DNA of 64,000 nucleotides, taken from Trichinella spiralis. Taxonomy: Eukaryota. The translations under genes were made by a program, and so were the position numbers. Location: assembly GCF_000181795.1 (NCBI RefSeq), contig NW_003526948.1, positions 3,016,945 through 3,080,944 of the forward strand, in the 5' to 3' direction. This document shows, piece after piece, positions 25,701 through 37,605 of the stretch (positions are counted from its first letter, which is position 1; every line of letters begins with the position of its first letter). The notes under the pieces are model-generated. The model saw nothing but the letters and a program-made list of their open reading frames with translations, had not been told where the DNA came from and did not search any database.

Positions 25701-28098
25701 CGGTCTGCTCATTTTGTCTCAACTGTATATTCGCTTTGATTATATCGGCAAGTTTGTAAGTCAAATCATCCTTAAACGAGCGATCGGATGTATAAATACA
25801 ATTGTCAATTATTCAACCGAAATGTACTTGATTTCGAGCGTTGCCGAACGTGACGACGGCCGGTCGAACCGACAACGGTGGCACAGGCAACACTTGGATA
25901 ATCATCCAATCCGGTCGAGAATATTTCGGATGAAATCCCAACGTGATCGCATCCTCATCACTGATACCTTTCAAAATTTCCAAAACTCGCTCGGCACTCA
26001 AAGTCATCTTCTTCTCTTGCATCTCTTCGTTCGTCTTCTTCCACTCGGCAATCACTTCCAAGCCGACACGCTTGTACGACGGTTGATAACGGCCGCATCC
26101 GGTCGGTGCTTTCGCCTGCTGACTATCTTCTCCATTCTCTTCGACTAATTCTCCCCTATCCACGGCCAACTGTTCGGGCGACTTTTCAATTCCCTCGCAG
26201 ATGCGCTTCACTTTGCACAAATCGTAAATGGTGGTCAACCGTTTTCTGCAACTGTATTTCGTTTTCGCCAAAGCCGCCTCGACTTTGGTCGAATTTTTAT
26301 TCACCAACAGCCGCGAACAATAAAAGCACACACAGCGGAGCACTTTCAACACTTTGGGCAAAAAACCCACGTGATATACCGGCTTCGACAGTTCCAAATG
26401 ACCAAAGTGACCAGGACAGTCCGCAATTGTGCCTGCGCAAGTTTGACATCGACTCCTGTTCAAAGCAGAGATAAATTAATTGAAAAAACAAAAACAAAAT
26501 AATCAACTCAACAATGCTTATAAGATGAAGAAATAATTCACCTGCGATCGATGACACCCTGTCGAGGGTCCATTAAACCGCCCAGTTTCGGTTTGCCATT
26601 TTCGTTGATCTCTGGATATAAAATTTCGCAAACCGACATGGCACGCTAAATGTTATAAAAATATATAACATTGTACAATTCTTTATTCAAAAAAATAACA
26701 ACAAATTTCTATCACTTTCAAGCACTTGAAACGAACGTATTCATTTAAACAAAAATTATAAAAACAAATCTTTTCGCAGTTATAACAAAACTGATTAGCA
26801 ACAATGTATTAAGCTGAAAACTGTTCACGAAAACATATTTTATCAAATCTTTACAACTGCCCAATCATAATACATTTCTGAAAATTGATTTTGACTTTCT
26901 TTTCCAACACAGCGTGCACCGATAAGAGTAAGAAAAAAAACTAAATCACAACCGACTGAAAAACAACCTTATTAATATAAGAAAAACTAAACATTTATTG
27001 GTTTGAGACTCATAAATACACTAAATCTGCACTGACAGAAAATACCTTACAAAAAAGTAAAAGCTCGCAAATGAGAACACACACGACCATAGCAAAATGA
27101 ACAACAGATACTTCATTTCACATTACCAAACAATCACATTTACTTTCAATTAGAATCCACCAAAATTCCTAATGATAATAAAATTATTAACTTCCACATT
27201 ATTCATCCACTTAATCCAAAAATCACTAAAACTTTTTAAATTATTATTACTGCCTAATAAGTTCTGTGCTCAAAAATGACAATGCAATACCGAATAAGCT
27301 TACATTGATAAAACTTTTATCATCTCATCAAAAATTAAGAAAAGTATAAATAAATATCAAAAAAATATTTTAAAAAGCAATTATCAAATATTTAGAAACC
27401 TTCAGTTATACTTTCTTATTTATCATTACGGACAGTTGACTGCTTCTCAAGTTAACAGTAATTGCAAATAATGCAGCAGAAAAATATACTATATATAATT
27501 GTAAGATAATTTTTACCATACTTGAACATTAAAAAATAAAGAAAACTTAGTTTCAAAATTAACCATTCATGAATATGGTTTTCTCATACTAGCAACTGAT
27601 CTATAAAATAACTGAATTCAATTTGAATGTTTCAAAAAGATTCTATATTAAAAATAAACGCGCGAATTAAATGTTATTTTAATGAGCGTCTCGAAAACTC
27701 ATCATCAACATAAATAACAACTTGTATATACTTTGACGAGCTTAATATAAGTTTAACATGCCAACTCAGAACTATTCAACATAAAAAGAAACATAGAATA
27801 CCAATTCAGAACTATTCAACATAAAAAGATACATTCAAATACTGGTTTAGAAATAAAAAAAGTATATGCCCGCATCACTGTAGATAAGACAAAAATGACT
27901 GCTTTCAAATTTTGAAAATTAATCTGCTCTTTTACTACGTGCGAATATACATAAAACAAGAAACAACTGCAAAGTTTATGAATATAGGCCAAAGAAAAAA
28001 ACTGTAAGAACACTTACACATTCTTCTGGGCTTAAGATGCCAAACTGAATGGATTTCACATCAGATGTTAATAAAATAGCTTTTCCTTTCTCATTCAT
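19759..28098 (-). CDS. RPB1: DNA-directed RNA polymerase II largest subunit (RPB1/POLR2A/ama-1)
   Basis: Exon 1 at 28018-28098 ([32 protein letters not shown]) joins exon 2 at 26645 ([12 protein letters not shown]...[11 protein letters not shown]). Also [35 protein letters not shown], catalytic [12 protein letters not shown] (~24930-24965), bridge helix [23 protein letters not shown], trigger loop [25 protein letters not shown], and a YSPxSPx CTD. Confidence 0.98.
27762..27840. repeat. Tandem duplication, 2 x ~40 bp, in RPB1 intron 1
   Basis: caactcagaactattcaacataaaaagaaacat followed by caattcagaactattcaacataaaaagatacat. Confidence 0.85.
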
Positions 28099-28896
28099 TG
28101 TCCGACGAACCCTTAACAAATGACGACAACAATACCAAATTCATTGAAGATCAGGTATTTTTCATTTACAGTATCCATCTGACCTACTTACACAAAGAGT
28201 GATATTGAAGTTTCCAAAAAATGTATACTTGAATGACTTCTCCTTGTTATATTTGTTTTTTTATAATTTTTTTGTTTCTATTCGTAACGCAAAATATAAT
28301 TTAAACAGTTTAAAAAGTAATTTTAACTCTGCTTTTATGCCTACAGTATCCATCGCATTGTGGAAAAAAATGATGACCCAAATTGAAAATCAAATAACCA
28401 TGAAATTTTATGTTTACGTTCAATTATTTAAATATAATACTTTTTGTTTTAATTATTTTTCTATTGTTTTAAATGTAAAATTTGGTAATGATTTAAACTG
28501 CATGCTCAAGTTACGAAGAATATAAGAATCGCTAATTGCATCTAACTAGATGCTATTTTACATATTTTGGCAAACAACGTTATGTTTATCTTTTTTAGGA
28601 TTTTTCCTGATTGTCCTTATAGATGAGCACAGAACCTAGTAGCTGCATGAATGTAATGAACTAATTTTAAACATACATGTAAACAAATCGATTGTGAAAA
28701 TATTGGTAAACATAATATTTACAGTATTCATTTAAAAGTAAAACTGAAAACGTTCATTATCCTTAAAAGCAAAAGATTTATTTTCGATCGTGACAGATAT
28801 GAATGGTTGCTTTTTTTCAAAACAAATGCTTTTACCAAAAAAATTTCAGAATTGCGTCGTTGCAATACTGATTAGATTTCTGAAAAAAATTTCGGA

Positions 28897-31561
28897 TCAG
28901 ATCAAATTTTCTTCTGAAGTACTGCTATCCGTTTCACTTGTAGGATAGTCTAAAGTAATCTCTACGTCCGTACTTATGTTCTCATTTGAGAATGCTTCTT
29001 TTTGATACATAATTTTATCAGTTCCAGTCTAAATAAAAGCAAATATCATTAAATATTATTTTTAACGGTTTTTTTAATTACATGAATAATTTTTTGTAGA
29101 TATTCCTTGTCAGTACGGCTTTTCATTTTTCCCAGCACGTAGAAACATTCCTCTTTGTCATAGAATCCAAAATCACCTACAAATGAGCTTTCTATTTTTA
29201 ATTTGAAATAATGTTAATAATTCCTCATGAGCTGATAACACTAGGTTGACAATTTACACACAAATTAATTTTCATAATTTAATTAACACGACAAACATTA
29301 TATATAATTAAGATTATTATTATTAACAATTTTGTACCAAAAGATTTTGATATGGTCACTCTTACCTGTATGCAGCCAGCCGTGTGCATCTACGTAAGTC
29401 ATCTCCGTAGGATTGCTTGTCGTAGACAAAATAATTGTTGGTCCACGGACAGCGATTTCACCAATGCGATTACTGCATTGTGCATATCCTGTAATAGGAT
29501 TCACAATTTTGCACTCTGTATTTGGCATTAAAGACCCGATAAGACACGTATTATTATTTTTGGACAATGCTGCAATATGGGTAATTGAAGTTGTTTCACA
29601 AAGACCATAACCTGAATTCAGAGATGAAAATAAATGAAAATAAAATTCACAAATTTACCATTGTGTAAATGTAAGTTTGGAAAGCGGTTTTGAAGCATCG
29701 ACACATGTGAACAGTTGATTGCAGCCGCTACAGTAAAAATTTGTTGTAAACTACTGAGATTGTGATTGGTAATACACGTTGTAGCAAGAAATTTTACAAC
29801 TGGTGGAACAGCAAAACAAAAAGTCACCTAAATTAATATGCAATATTTTTATATAATAAAATAATAATAACATTATTATTATGACCAAGTTATGCAAAAT
29901 ATAATGCTTGCATTCTGTGTTTGTAATCAATGCAGTTTACGTGAAATTCCAAAACTTCTAAGCGTAGAATATTGTTAGCAAAGTTTTAAATGTGAATCAT
30001 TTTAAAATAAAATGAAATATCACCTTTTCATTTTCAAGGCACTCAAGCAAAACTTTAGGAGTAAGCTGATACAGCATCAGCATGCAACAACCTGACGTCA
30101 ATACGTTGTAAAGACACAAAGTAATACCAAATGGATGATGCAAGGGAAGAAGATCAAGAACACGACAACTTTCTTTTAACTTAATTGTTTTTCTTAAAAT
30201 AAAAAATAACTATTTAAAATGTCTATAATACATTAACAAAATATTTTTAATTGAATTTCATTCAATTGTACAGTTTACTTGATTACAGCTAAGCTGGATG
30301 CCAGGTTGAAGAAACTGATGGAAACTTTTTTTTGTTTTCCGCTTCTCCCCAGTGTCCACAACGTCAATGCAATTCTATCAGGATCATTCAAAGCTGAAAA
30401 CTGTTCTGACAATTTTGTATTTTGAAACGCTGATCGTTTTCTTTTCTTGGAAATTTTCTTTGTTTCCTCATCTGTATCCGATATTCGTAAAATTTCATCA
30501 CTGCGTATCAGGTAGGCATCCTGAAAACTTTGCAACATTAGTAATTTTTAACCTGCATAACTTTTATTTACTTTCAAACAAAGTTGTTTTTTCAATCGTT
30601 TTCCAACAGAAGTGTTTTCATCTGTACAGAACAATGCAACAACATTCAAATGCTGAATATCTTCAATTAATGCGTCTAGAAATACGAATTTGTGTGTACA
30701 ACTTTGCTTTCATTTAATAAACATACGATTTTATTCTTTTATAAAAATATTTCAATAAATAATTTTATACAAACATAACAAGCAGAACGGTAACTGATTG
30801 CGTTTGATCACATCGATAATAAGGAAAACAATGTAAATCAACAATATCATTGTATTTCTTAGAAGTGAACAATATACACGATAAAACCATCATTCTAACA
30901 TACTAGCAAACAAAAAACTAGCTTTAAAATAATGTTATATATATAAGCTTTTGGGGAAAAGGAGAAAATTTACCTGCGAGCGATGGTTTAACAACTGCTA
31001 CAGCGATGTTACAAAGATGACATGCCAGAATCACGGCAACAATTTCACAGCAGTTGCTGCTTAAGAGAAGAATGTGCACGTCCGTATTTTCATTGTAAAA
31101 GTTTTTAACCACATCAGCTATGTGCATAATCATTTTTAGCAAAGTACCGTACGTAGTTCTGCTAGTGCCAAAAATTACCTACATTTATAATTATCAAAAT
31201 AAAATGATTTCAAATTGTCAAAATTAATTATTACAAGAGCTTCTTTATGTTGTGGCTGTTTCATAATTTGATTATACGCATAGTTCCCAATATTTTCAAT
31301 GGGCAACTCAAATTTTGGTCCACTCATGACATTTATAGAATTTAAAAAAGATTGCGCATTATTTGATAACTCACTCAGCGGCGTTGGTTTTGTTATCACG
31401 AGCTTTGGTATGGAATTATTGTTCAAATCTTTTGCAGCTAAATCCTCAGCACCAACAGTGGAAGAAGACTCGACACACTCTAGGATTGGAAGATCTTTTC
31501 TTCTTGATTTTTCTTGTTTCCAAGAATGAAACAACGAATTCCTGCTTATACAGTTGCCCAT
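28897..31561 (-). CDS. Luciferase/4-coumarate-CoA-ligase-like adenylate-forming (ANL) protein, degenerate and C-terminally truncated, with N-terminal MGNC
   Basis: LLLSSNCCEIVAVILACHLCNIAVAVV, LDLLPLHHPFG, VTFCFAVPPVVKFLA, HNLSSLQQIFTVAAA, GYGLCETT, IGSLMPNTECKIVNPITG, IGEIAVRGPTI, GWLHTGDFGFYDKEECFYVLGK. The final exon TGTDKIMYQ...TSEENLI* stops at 28897-28899. Confidence 0.82.
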
Positions 31562-32416
31562 TTCATCAAGAAATGTAAAAATTGAATAGAAATATTTACA
31601 TTCAGAACAATATGCAGGCTAAAACTGAAATTCGTCTAGTTAATTTTATTCAATTTCAAAACTTTAGGGTAGAGGAAGCGAAAAACATGGCCTAATTTAT
31701 TTAAACATGCAAATTAAAGCATTTGATATTCAGAATATTTATGATTATCATTTTTAGCAGTTTATGAGATTTGTAATACACACATTATTGCAATTTAAAT
31801 TTAACTTTTATTTTAAAGACTGTATACATATATATGCATATTACGCTTAAAATCTTAAAATCTGAAAGTATTGCAGTGTAAAAATTGGCAATGATAAATC
31901 GCAATCGATTAATCATTCATACTTACGTTCATGAATTCATTAGTTAAATAATCCTGCTTATGAATTTAATTTGCACTTTAGATGATTTCAAAACATAATC
32001 ATGCGAAGATAACCTCACAGTTTTAAAATGTAATATGCGTTTACATATTAATGCTTGCATTTTTTAAACTCATACTGTATATCAAAAATTTGTTGTTTTT
32101 ATTTATGTTTAAAATTGCATTCATTTATATTTATTCTCTGAAATTGTGAAGTATTGTATTATAATGCTAATATAGTGTTTTTTTACCTTTTTTTACAAAA
32201 TAAATTACTGTAGCAACAGAAGTAACAGAGACAAATATGATTGATTTCAATTTTTTATGTCCAGTAATTTTTATTTATAGAAACATAAATAATTTTTAAA
32301 TAAATAAAATTATTTTGATTTGATTTTGTTTCGTTTTTGCCTTCCAACATGAAAGTAGCTGTAACATTATTTATTCATTATTAATGTCACATTTTGTTAT
32401 AGGTAACATTTTTTGC

Positions 32417-32689
32417 ATGGAAAAACCACATCATTTAAAGCTGGATGAACTTTTCGAAAGTATTTTAAGAATAGGCATAGATGATGGTCGAATATTTGTT
32501 GGAAAGTTTCTAGCGGTGGATAAAGATGTAAATGTTATTTTGTGTGAATGCTGTGAATTTGTTCCGATATCAGAGGAAGATCGAGACAAAGATAAACCGG
32601 ATACTCATATTCTCTCAAGGCAACTGAATTCAGCCCTAATTCCCGGTAAACAAATTGTGAGCATTCACGAAGGAAGATCGTCGACTTGA
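32417..32689 (+). CDS. NAA38: Sm-fold protein, most like the NatC auxiliary subunit NAA38/LSMD1
   Basis: LRIGIDDGRIFVGKFLAVDKDVNVIL (Sm1) and RQLNSALIPGKQIVSI (Sm2 of the PGxxIVSI type seen in LSMD1/Mak31). ATG at 32417 follows a TTATAG acceptor; upstream ATG 32384 is an alternative start. Confidence 0.72.
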   Translation: MEKPHHLKLDELFESILRIGIDDGRIFVGKFLAVDKDVNVILCECCEFVPISEEDRDKDKPDTHILSRQLNSALIPGKQIVSIHEGRSST

Positions 32690-35600
32690 TATATTTTCAA
32701 TATCTAGAATTTTGATGATCGTTATCTAAACATTCGATATTTTTTTGCAGTTATTCAAAATGAGAATTTGAAACAATAAAGAAATCGAAACAACTTTCAC
32801 ATTTACAGTATACATGAAAACTTTAATGCATAGTGAAATAAACCGTAGGTTGTTGAACGCTTCCGGTGAACAGATTCTTTAATCATTGCACATCATAAAA
32901 TGAAGCATTCGATTAACTTTATTTAAAATTGCACATCAGATGTTTTATGGTAAACTTAAAAATTAGCGTTCCTTTATGGAAAAATTATTATAGCTATGAA
33001 CGGCAGTTGATGAGCACAATCAGTGGGTTTAACAAGACGTATTATTCAATACTTTAACGGCTTTTAGAGAATTGTACTTGAATATTACAGTATGAAAATC
33101 TTTTAAATGTAAAATTTGTCAAACTATTCTCAATTTAGAAAGGAACTTCAAGAAAAACTAAGTATTACGTATTTTATTTTGTCACAAAACTAATACAAAG
33201 CCTAAACAATACACATGTTTCAACAAGTGCAACTTTCTTTAACATAATTTCAATACAGTTCACATTACTATTAACGTAAATTAAATGTTAGAAATCTACG
33301 TATAAGAACGAATCCATTTTACATAAAGTATGGTAAAGCACCCTGAAAAGTGAGGGGGGGGGAACAAAGCAATAATAACACTGGAGCCAATTGATGAAGA
33401 GCAGTATTGGAAGCTAAAAAAGCTTATCAGTTTTACAAAATTTTGATTTTCTTTCATAAAATTGTATAAACATTTAAATTCTCCACCTTCTGTTCATGAT
33501 TTGTCAAAAATGCATGTATCAACTTTCATCTATTTCAAAATTACTAAATTAATTAAGCATCAAAGCTATCTGCTAGCGCACAAGTGAGTACACAATGCTT
33601 CATTACGAAATTAATTACAATTTTAAATTCACGATAATGTTTCGTCACCAGACGCGAGGGCGCAGTGAAGAAAAATCACTACCACTTATCCAATGGCTGC
33701 AGTAAGATAACAGAGATTTGTGTAAACAACATTAGAAGGACTAGTTGTTCTACGCGTTGAGCAAGTGCAGTGGCTCTCTGAATAACATTGGGTGCTGTGT
33801 ATATATGTGTGTAATTTCATATATATTCTAGTTCTTCACAGTTATTCTATTTCGGTATTTAGCTTCATAAATCATGTTTATCCTGCGCTGACACTATTAG
33901 CAGTAAGTATTTTGATATTGATATTGAAAATGTCTAACACTGAAATTTATTTTCATTCTGTTTTCATTATTGTTTTGATGTTGAATTAAAAGCTCACCTA
34001 AGCAAGCAATTAAAGGGAAACAAGAGAAATTAAGCTGATATTTTTAATTTCTTGAAATAAAATTTTAAATTTAATCGCGTTTAATTTTCAATGTTCACAT
34101 TCATTTGCAATAGTAACTTTTCAAAACATTTGCATTTGTTTTGATGAACAAGCAAATTCTGAAATATTTTTACATTCAAAGAGTGTTGTTACATTTTAAT
34201 TAAAATCGAAGAAAGAGAAAACATTCTGATAAAAATGAAAGTTTCATTTATAACTCAATCAAAGATCTACCGCAGTTAACAGAATCACTCATAAGGACAG
34301 GCATCACTTTCGCACACAGTTTTGTTTCATGAAATTTTCAAATCAAGGCAAATTCATCAAATTATTTGCCATTACTTTTATTTATTATTGTAAAATCAGT
34401 CTTTAAAAGGTTTTGAATTTGTGTATTTTAAATGTCAGCACTACTGTTTGATACCACTAGGTGGCTGAAATTTCTTATCATAATGTCTTCTTATAGTTTG
34501 ATATTCATAGAAAAGTAATATTGGTTTGTTTTCATTGCTTGAAACATCTTTATTTATTATAAAATGAGAATTTTCAAAATATTGTAAATTGAATAATTGG
34601 GATTCAATATTGATTCTTCAAAATTTTTAGTTCTTTACCACATGAAAATTGCGTTTACAGTGAAATTTGAAATTGTTTGTTAACATCTTTAAGTAACATC
34701 AGTAATTGAAAATAAATTGCAAAGGCCTTATTTATATTAGTTTTTTTAAGCATGATAGTTTAATCGTGTCGGTTAAAAACAGATTCATCAGTTGTTGAAA
34801 TCTAAATCACCCAATATGGTTTAGTATGTTATTATGCAGTACCCAGTCATGTTATGTAATTATTACGTTGTCTTTGTTGGTGAAGAAGAAACTGTTGTTC
34901 ATGTATTCAGGAATACTTTTCATTACATACATCGAAATATATGTATCATTAGTTAATTTAATTTCTTAAAAGTTTTATTGTTCACATATTAATTTTGAAA
35001 TTTTCACATAATGTACATATCAGAATTGTAATAGTGACTACAGTATAATGGAATGCAAGTAAATTTATTTAACTTTCGGTTGAGCGTAGCCTAAGAATAT
35101 AGTTGATTTAGAAAACGTTGTGAATTTTTATTAATAGAAAATTTTAATTCCAAGAAAAGGGTTAAATAATGAAATATATTGCTCTTTTGTAATGCAAAAA
35201 TTCACTTCTGTACTTTGTTGTTTTTGAACGAATCTTCAATAGGACTTGAAGAATTTCATAATTGAACAAATGAAATAGATTAAGACGATGTGAAATTTAA
35301 TCTTATGAGTGAATTTGATTTTAAAGGATTGTCATATTCTTTTGAAATGCAATTATAACATGTTCGAGCTGATCACATAATGGAAATTTCAATATTCAGC
35401 AAGTGCTTATTTATCACTGACCAATATTTATTTGCAATTGACCAATATCATCAACTGATGACCAGTTTTAATAATTTAATATATGAAAAGGTTGAAGTGA
35501 ATTCCTCTAACTTGACCTTCTCATTTCTTGCACGTTGCATGCATTCTAAGAATGAATGTCTATCAACTGTTTCGTTCAGTTCCACTCTTTAATGTTTTGC

Positions 35601-37605
35601 ATTTTAAGTATTTTGTAAGTGTGAAATTTTGCGAAATAAAAGGATAACGTAAAATTGTATTCAGTATACGAATTCTTTTGTAATAAAACGATGAATTTTA
35701 TTAATACAAAGTGGAACTGTGAACATGTTCTGAAGAATATTTCCAACTGCTCGAGAATTGAATAAAAACGAGAACCACTTTTACGCAGAAATAGTTTTAA
35801 GATTATTTAAAAATTTAATAGCATATCTGTACACGTAGGGTTGTTAGCTGATGTGGGCAAAAGTTGGCGTAATAAATTTCAAGAGTAACGGACTTTTCAA
35901 GGTCTCAAACGGCAATCACTGTTTACAAACTACTGTTACTTGAGTTCAAGCAACAAGTGAGATGTCAAGGATGATTAGAAATATCTAAAGGAAATTAAAT
36001 TATTTTTCTTCCTTGAAAATTCACTTTTACTTTGACAACTCTCCCCCGTGGATCTTTTTCAAAAGAATGTTTTCGAAAATTGAATATTAGAAATGTTTTT
36101 TTTTATTTTTCGAAAAGTCTACGAAATAATACTTGCATTCAAATGTTCTGTAATGAATGTTGAAGAAATTTTCATATTTGTTTGTTAATTTTAAATAGAT
36201 AAATAATAACCAGTTGCAAATTTTAACAAAGTAAAAGCACAACATCTTTGTTGTCATTAAATATTTTTATTAATACTTTTTTCATTATAAATTTATAAAA
36301 AAATGTATACGAAATTTTTTTTCAGATAATAGATGTTATTTTGTGAACATTTTGGAAATTAGTCTTGTTTTTGCTTTGTTCTCTTTCTGAATTTTAAATC
36401 TAAATTTGCTTCGAAAAGTTGCCTGGCATGACTTTACTGCGTTAAGTTAGCATTATTATTCTTGTTGATGAAATTTGGAACGACATGTGAATCAACTCTT
36501 AAAATTTGTGTGTCATTTGTCAGGTCAGCAATGCTATCTATGCATCTGAAGAAAAAAAAATACGACGGATGTTTTTCATCAATAGCAACAGCAACAAAAA
36601 GCGTATTTTAAGTATTGAAAGTGAATTTAATGCAAGCGTATTTTATTCATTGTGTTGAATTGCAAAAATTATTTGAATTTTGTTTAAAATTGAGTTCATT
36701 TTTGTTCACCTTATTCTAATTATGTTGAAATGTTGATGTTGATCATTTTATCTCGAAATACATTTAGTCATATTTAGTTTTGATATGAAAGCATTGTTAG
36801 CATATAAAGTGGAACGAAATGTTCTCCTAATTTGTTGCATGATGAGCAACTTTTGCCATTCTGTTCAAGCGTAACAACCCAAAGTACCCAAAGTGCAACA
36901 TCACGGCATTATGTATGTCAACTGCATCATAAATATTTCCCTATTAAATAGCGATAAAACTCATTTTTAATCAGGTTAGCTTTTGCTGTCGGTATTGCTC
37001 AAAGTTGAATGAATGATTTGCATCATTTGCTATTAAATCAAAACGCAGTGATGCATTTTATTGAATATTTTTTTTCCATTAAACTAGTCCTTTTATCTTT
37101 TTTTAATATTCAAATTTTATTTTTTAATTTTTTTAGCGGCATTGCCATTGCTGTTCTGATTTTGAAAGTTGAAATTAAATTTTTTTTAAAAAGCATGTTC
37201 AAACATTAATCGAAATGTTAACATGCTCCAGAGCTACAGCACAGTGTAAAATAGTTTCAATTGGTCTTTTCAAGTAGCGAAATTTAATTGTGAACTGGTG
37301 TAAAGTTCAAAATAATAAACTTTCATTATTGAGATATTTTACTTTGAAACAATTTAAAATGCGCTATATTTACATAAAAGCGAAAGATAATTGGCATTTT
37401 GTGTAAAAAGTTAACTAACCTTTAACAACAACCACTGCAACTCCTGTTGTACATCCTCTGAATGGAGCTGTTGTGAATCAAATTTTTCTTAAAGAAGCTT
37501 TGCAAACATTTGAAAAACGCAATTTGAATTTAATACAAAAAAAGTTTTAAAGCCTATTTGCTTGTATAATTTGAAAACATCACAATAAGTTCAATTGCAT
37601 GATAC

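Noticed and set aside
36838..36940. ATGATGA resembling a snoRNA C box
   Set aside because: No CTGA D box or terminal stem at a suitable distance.
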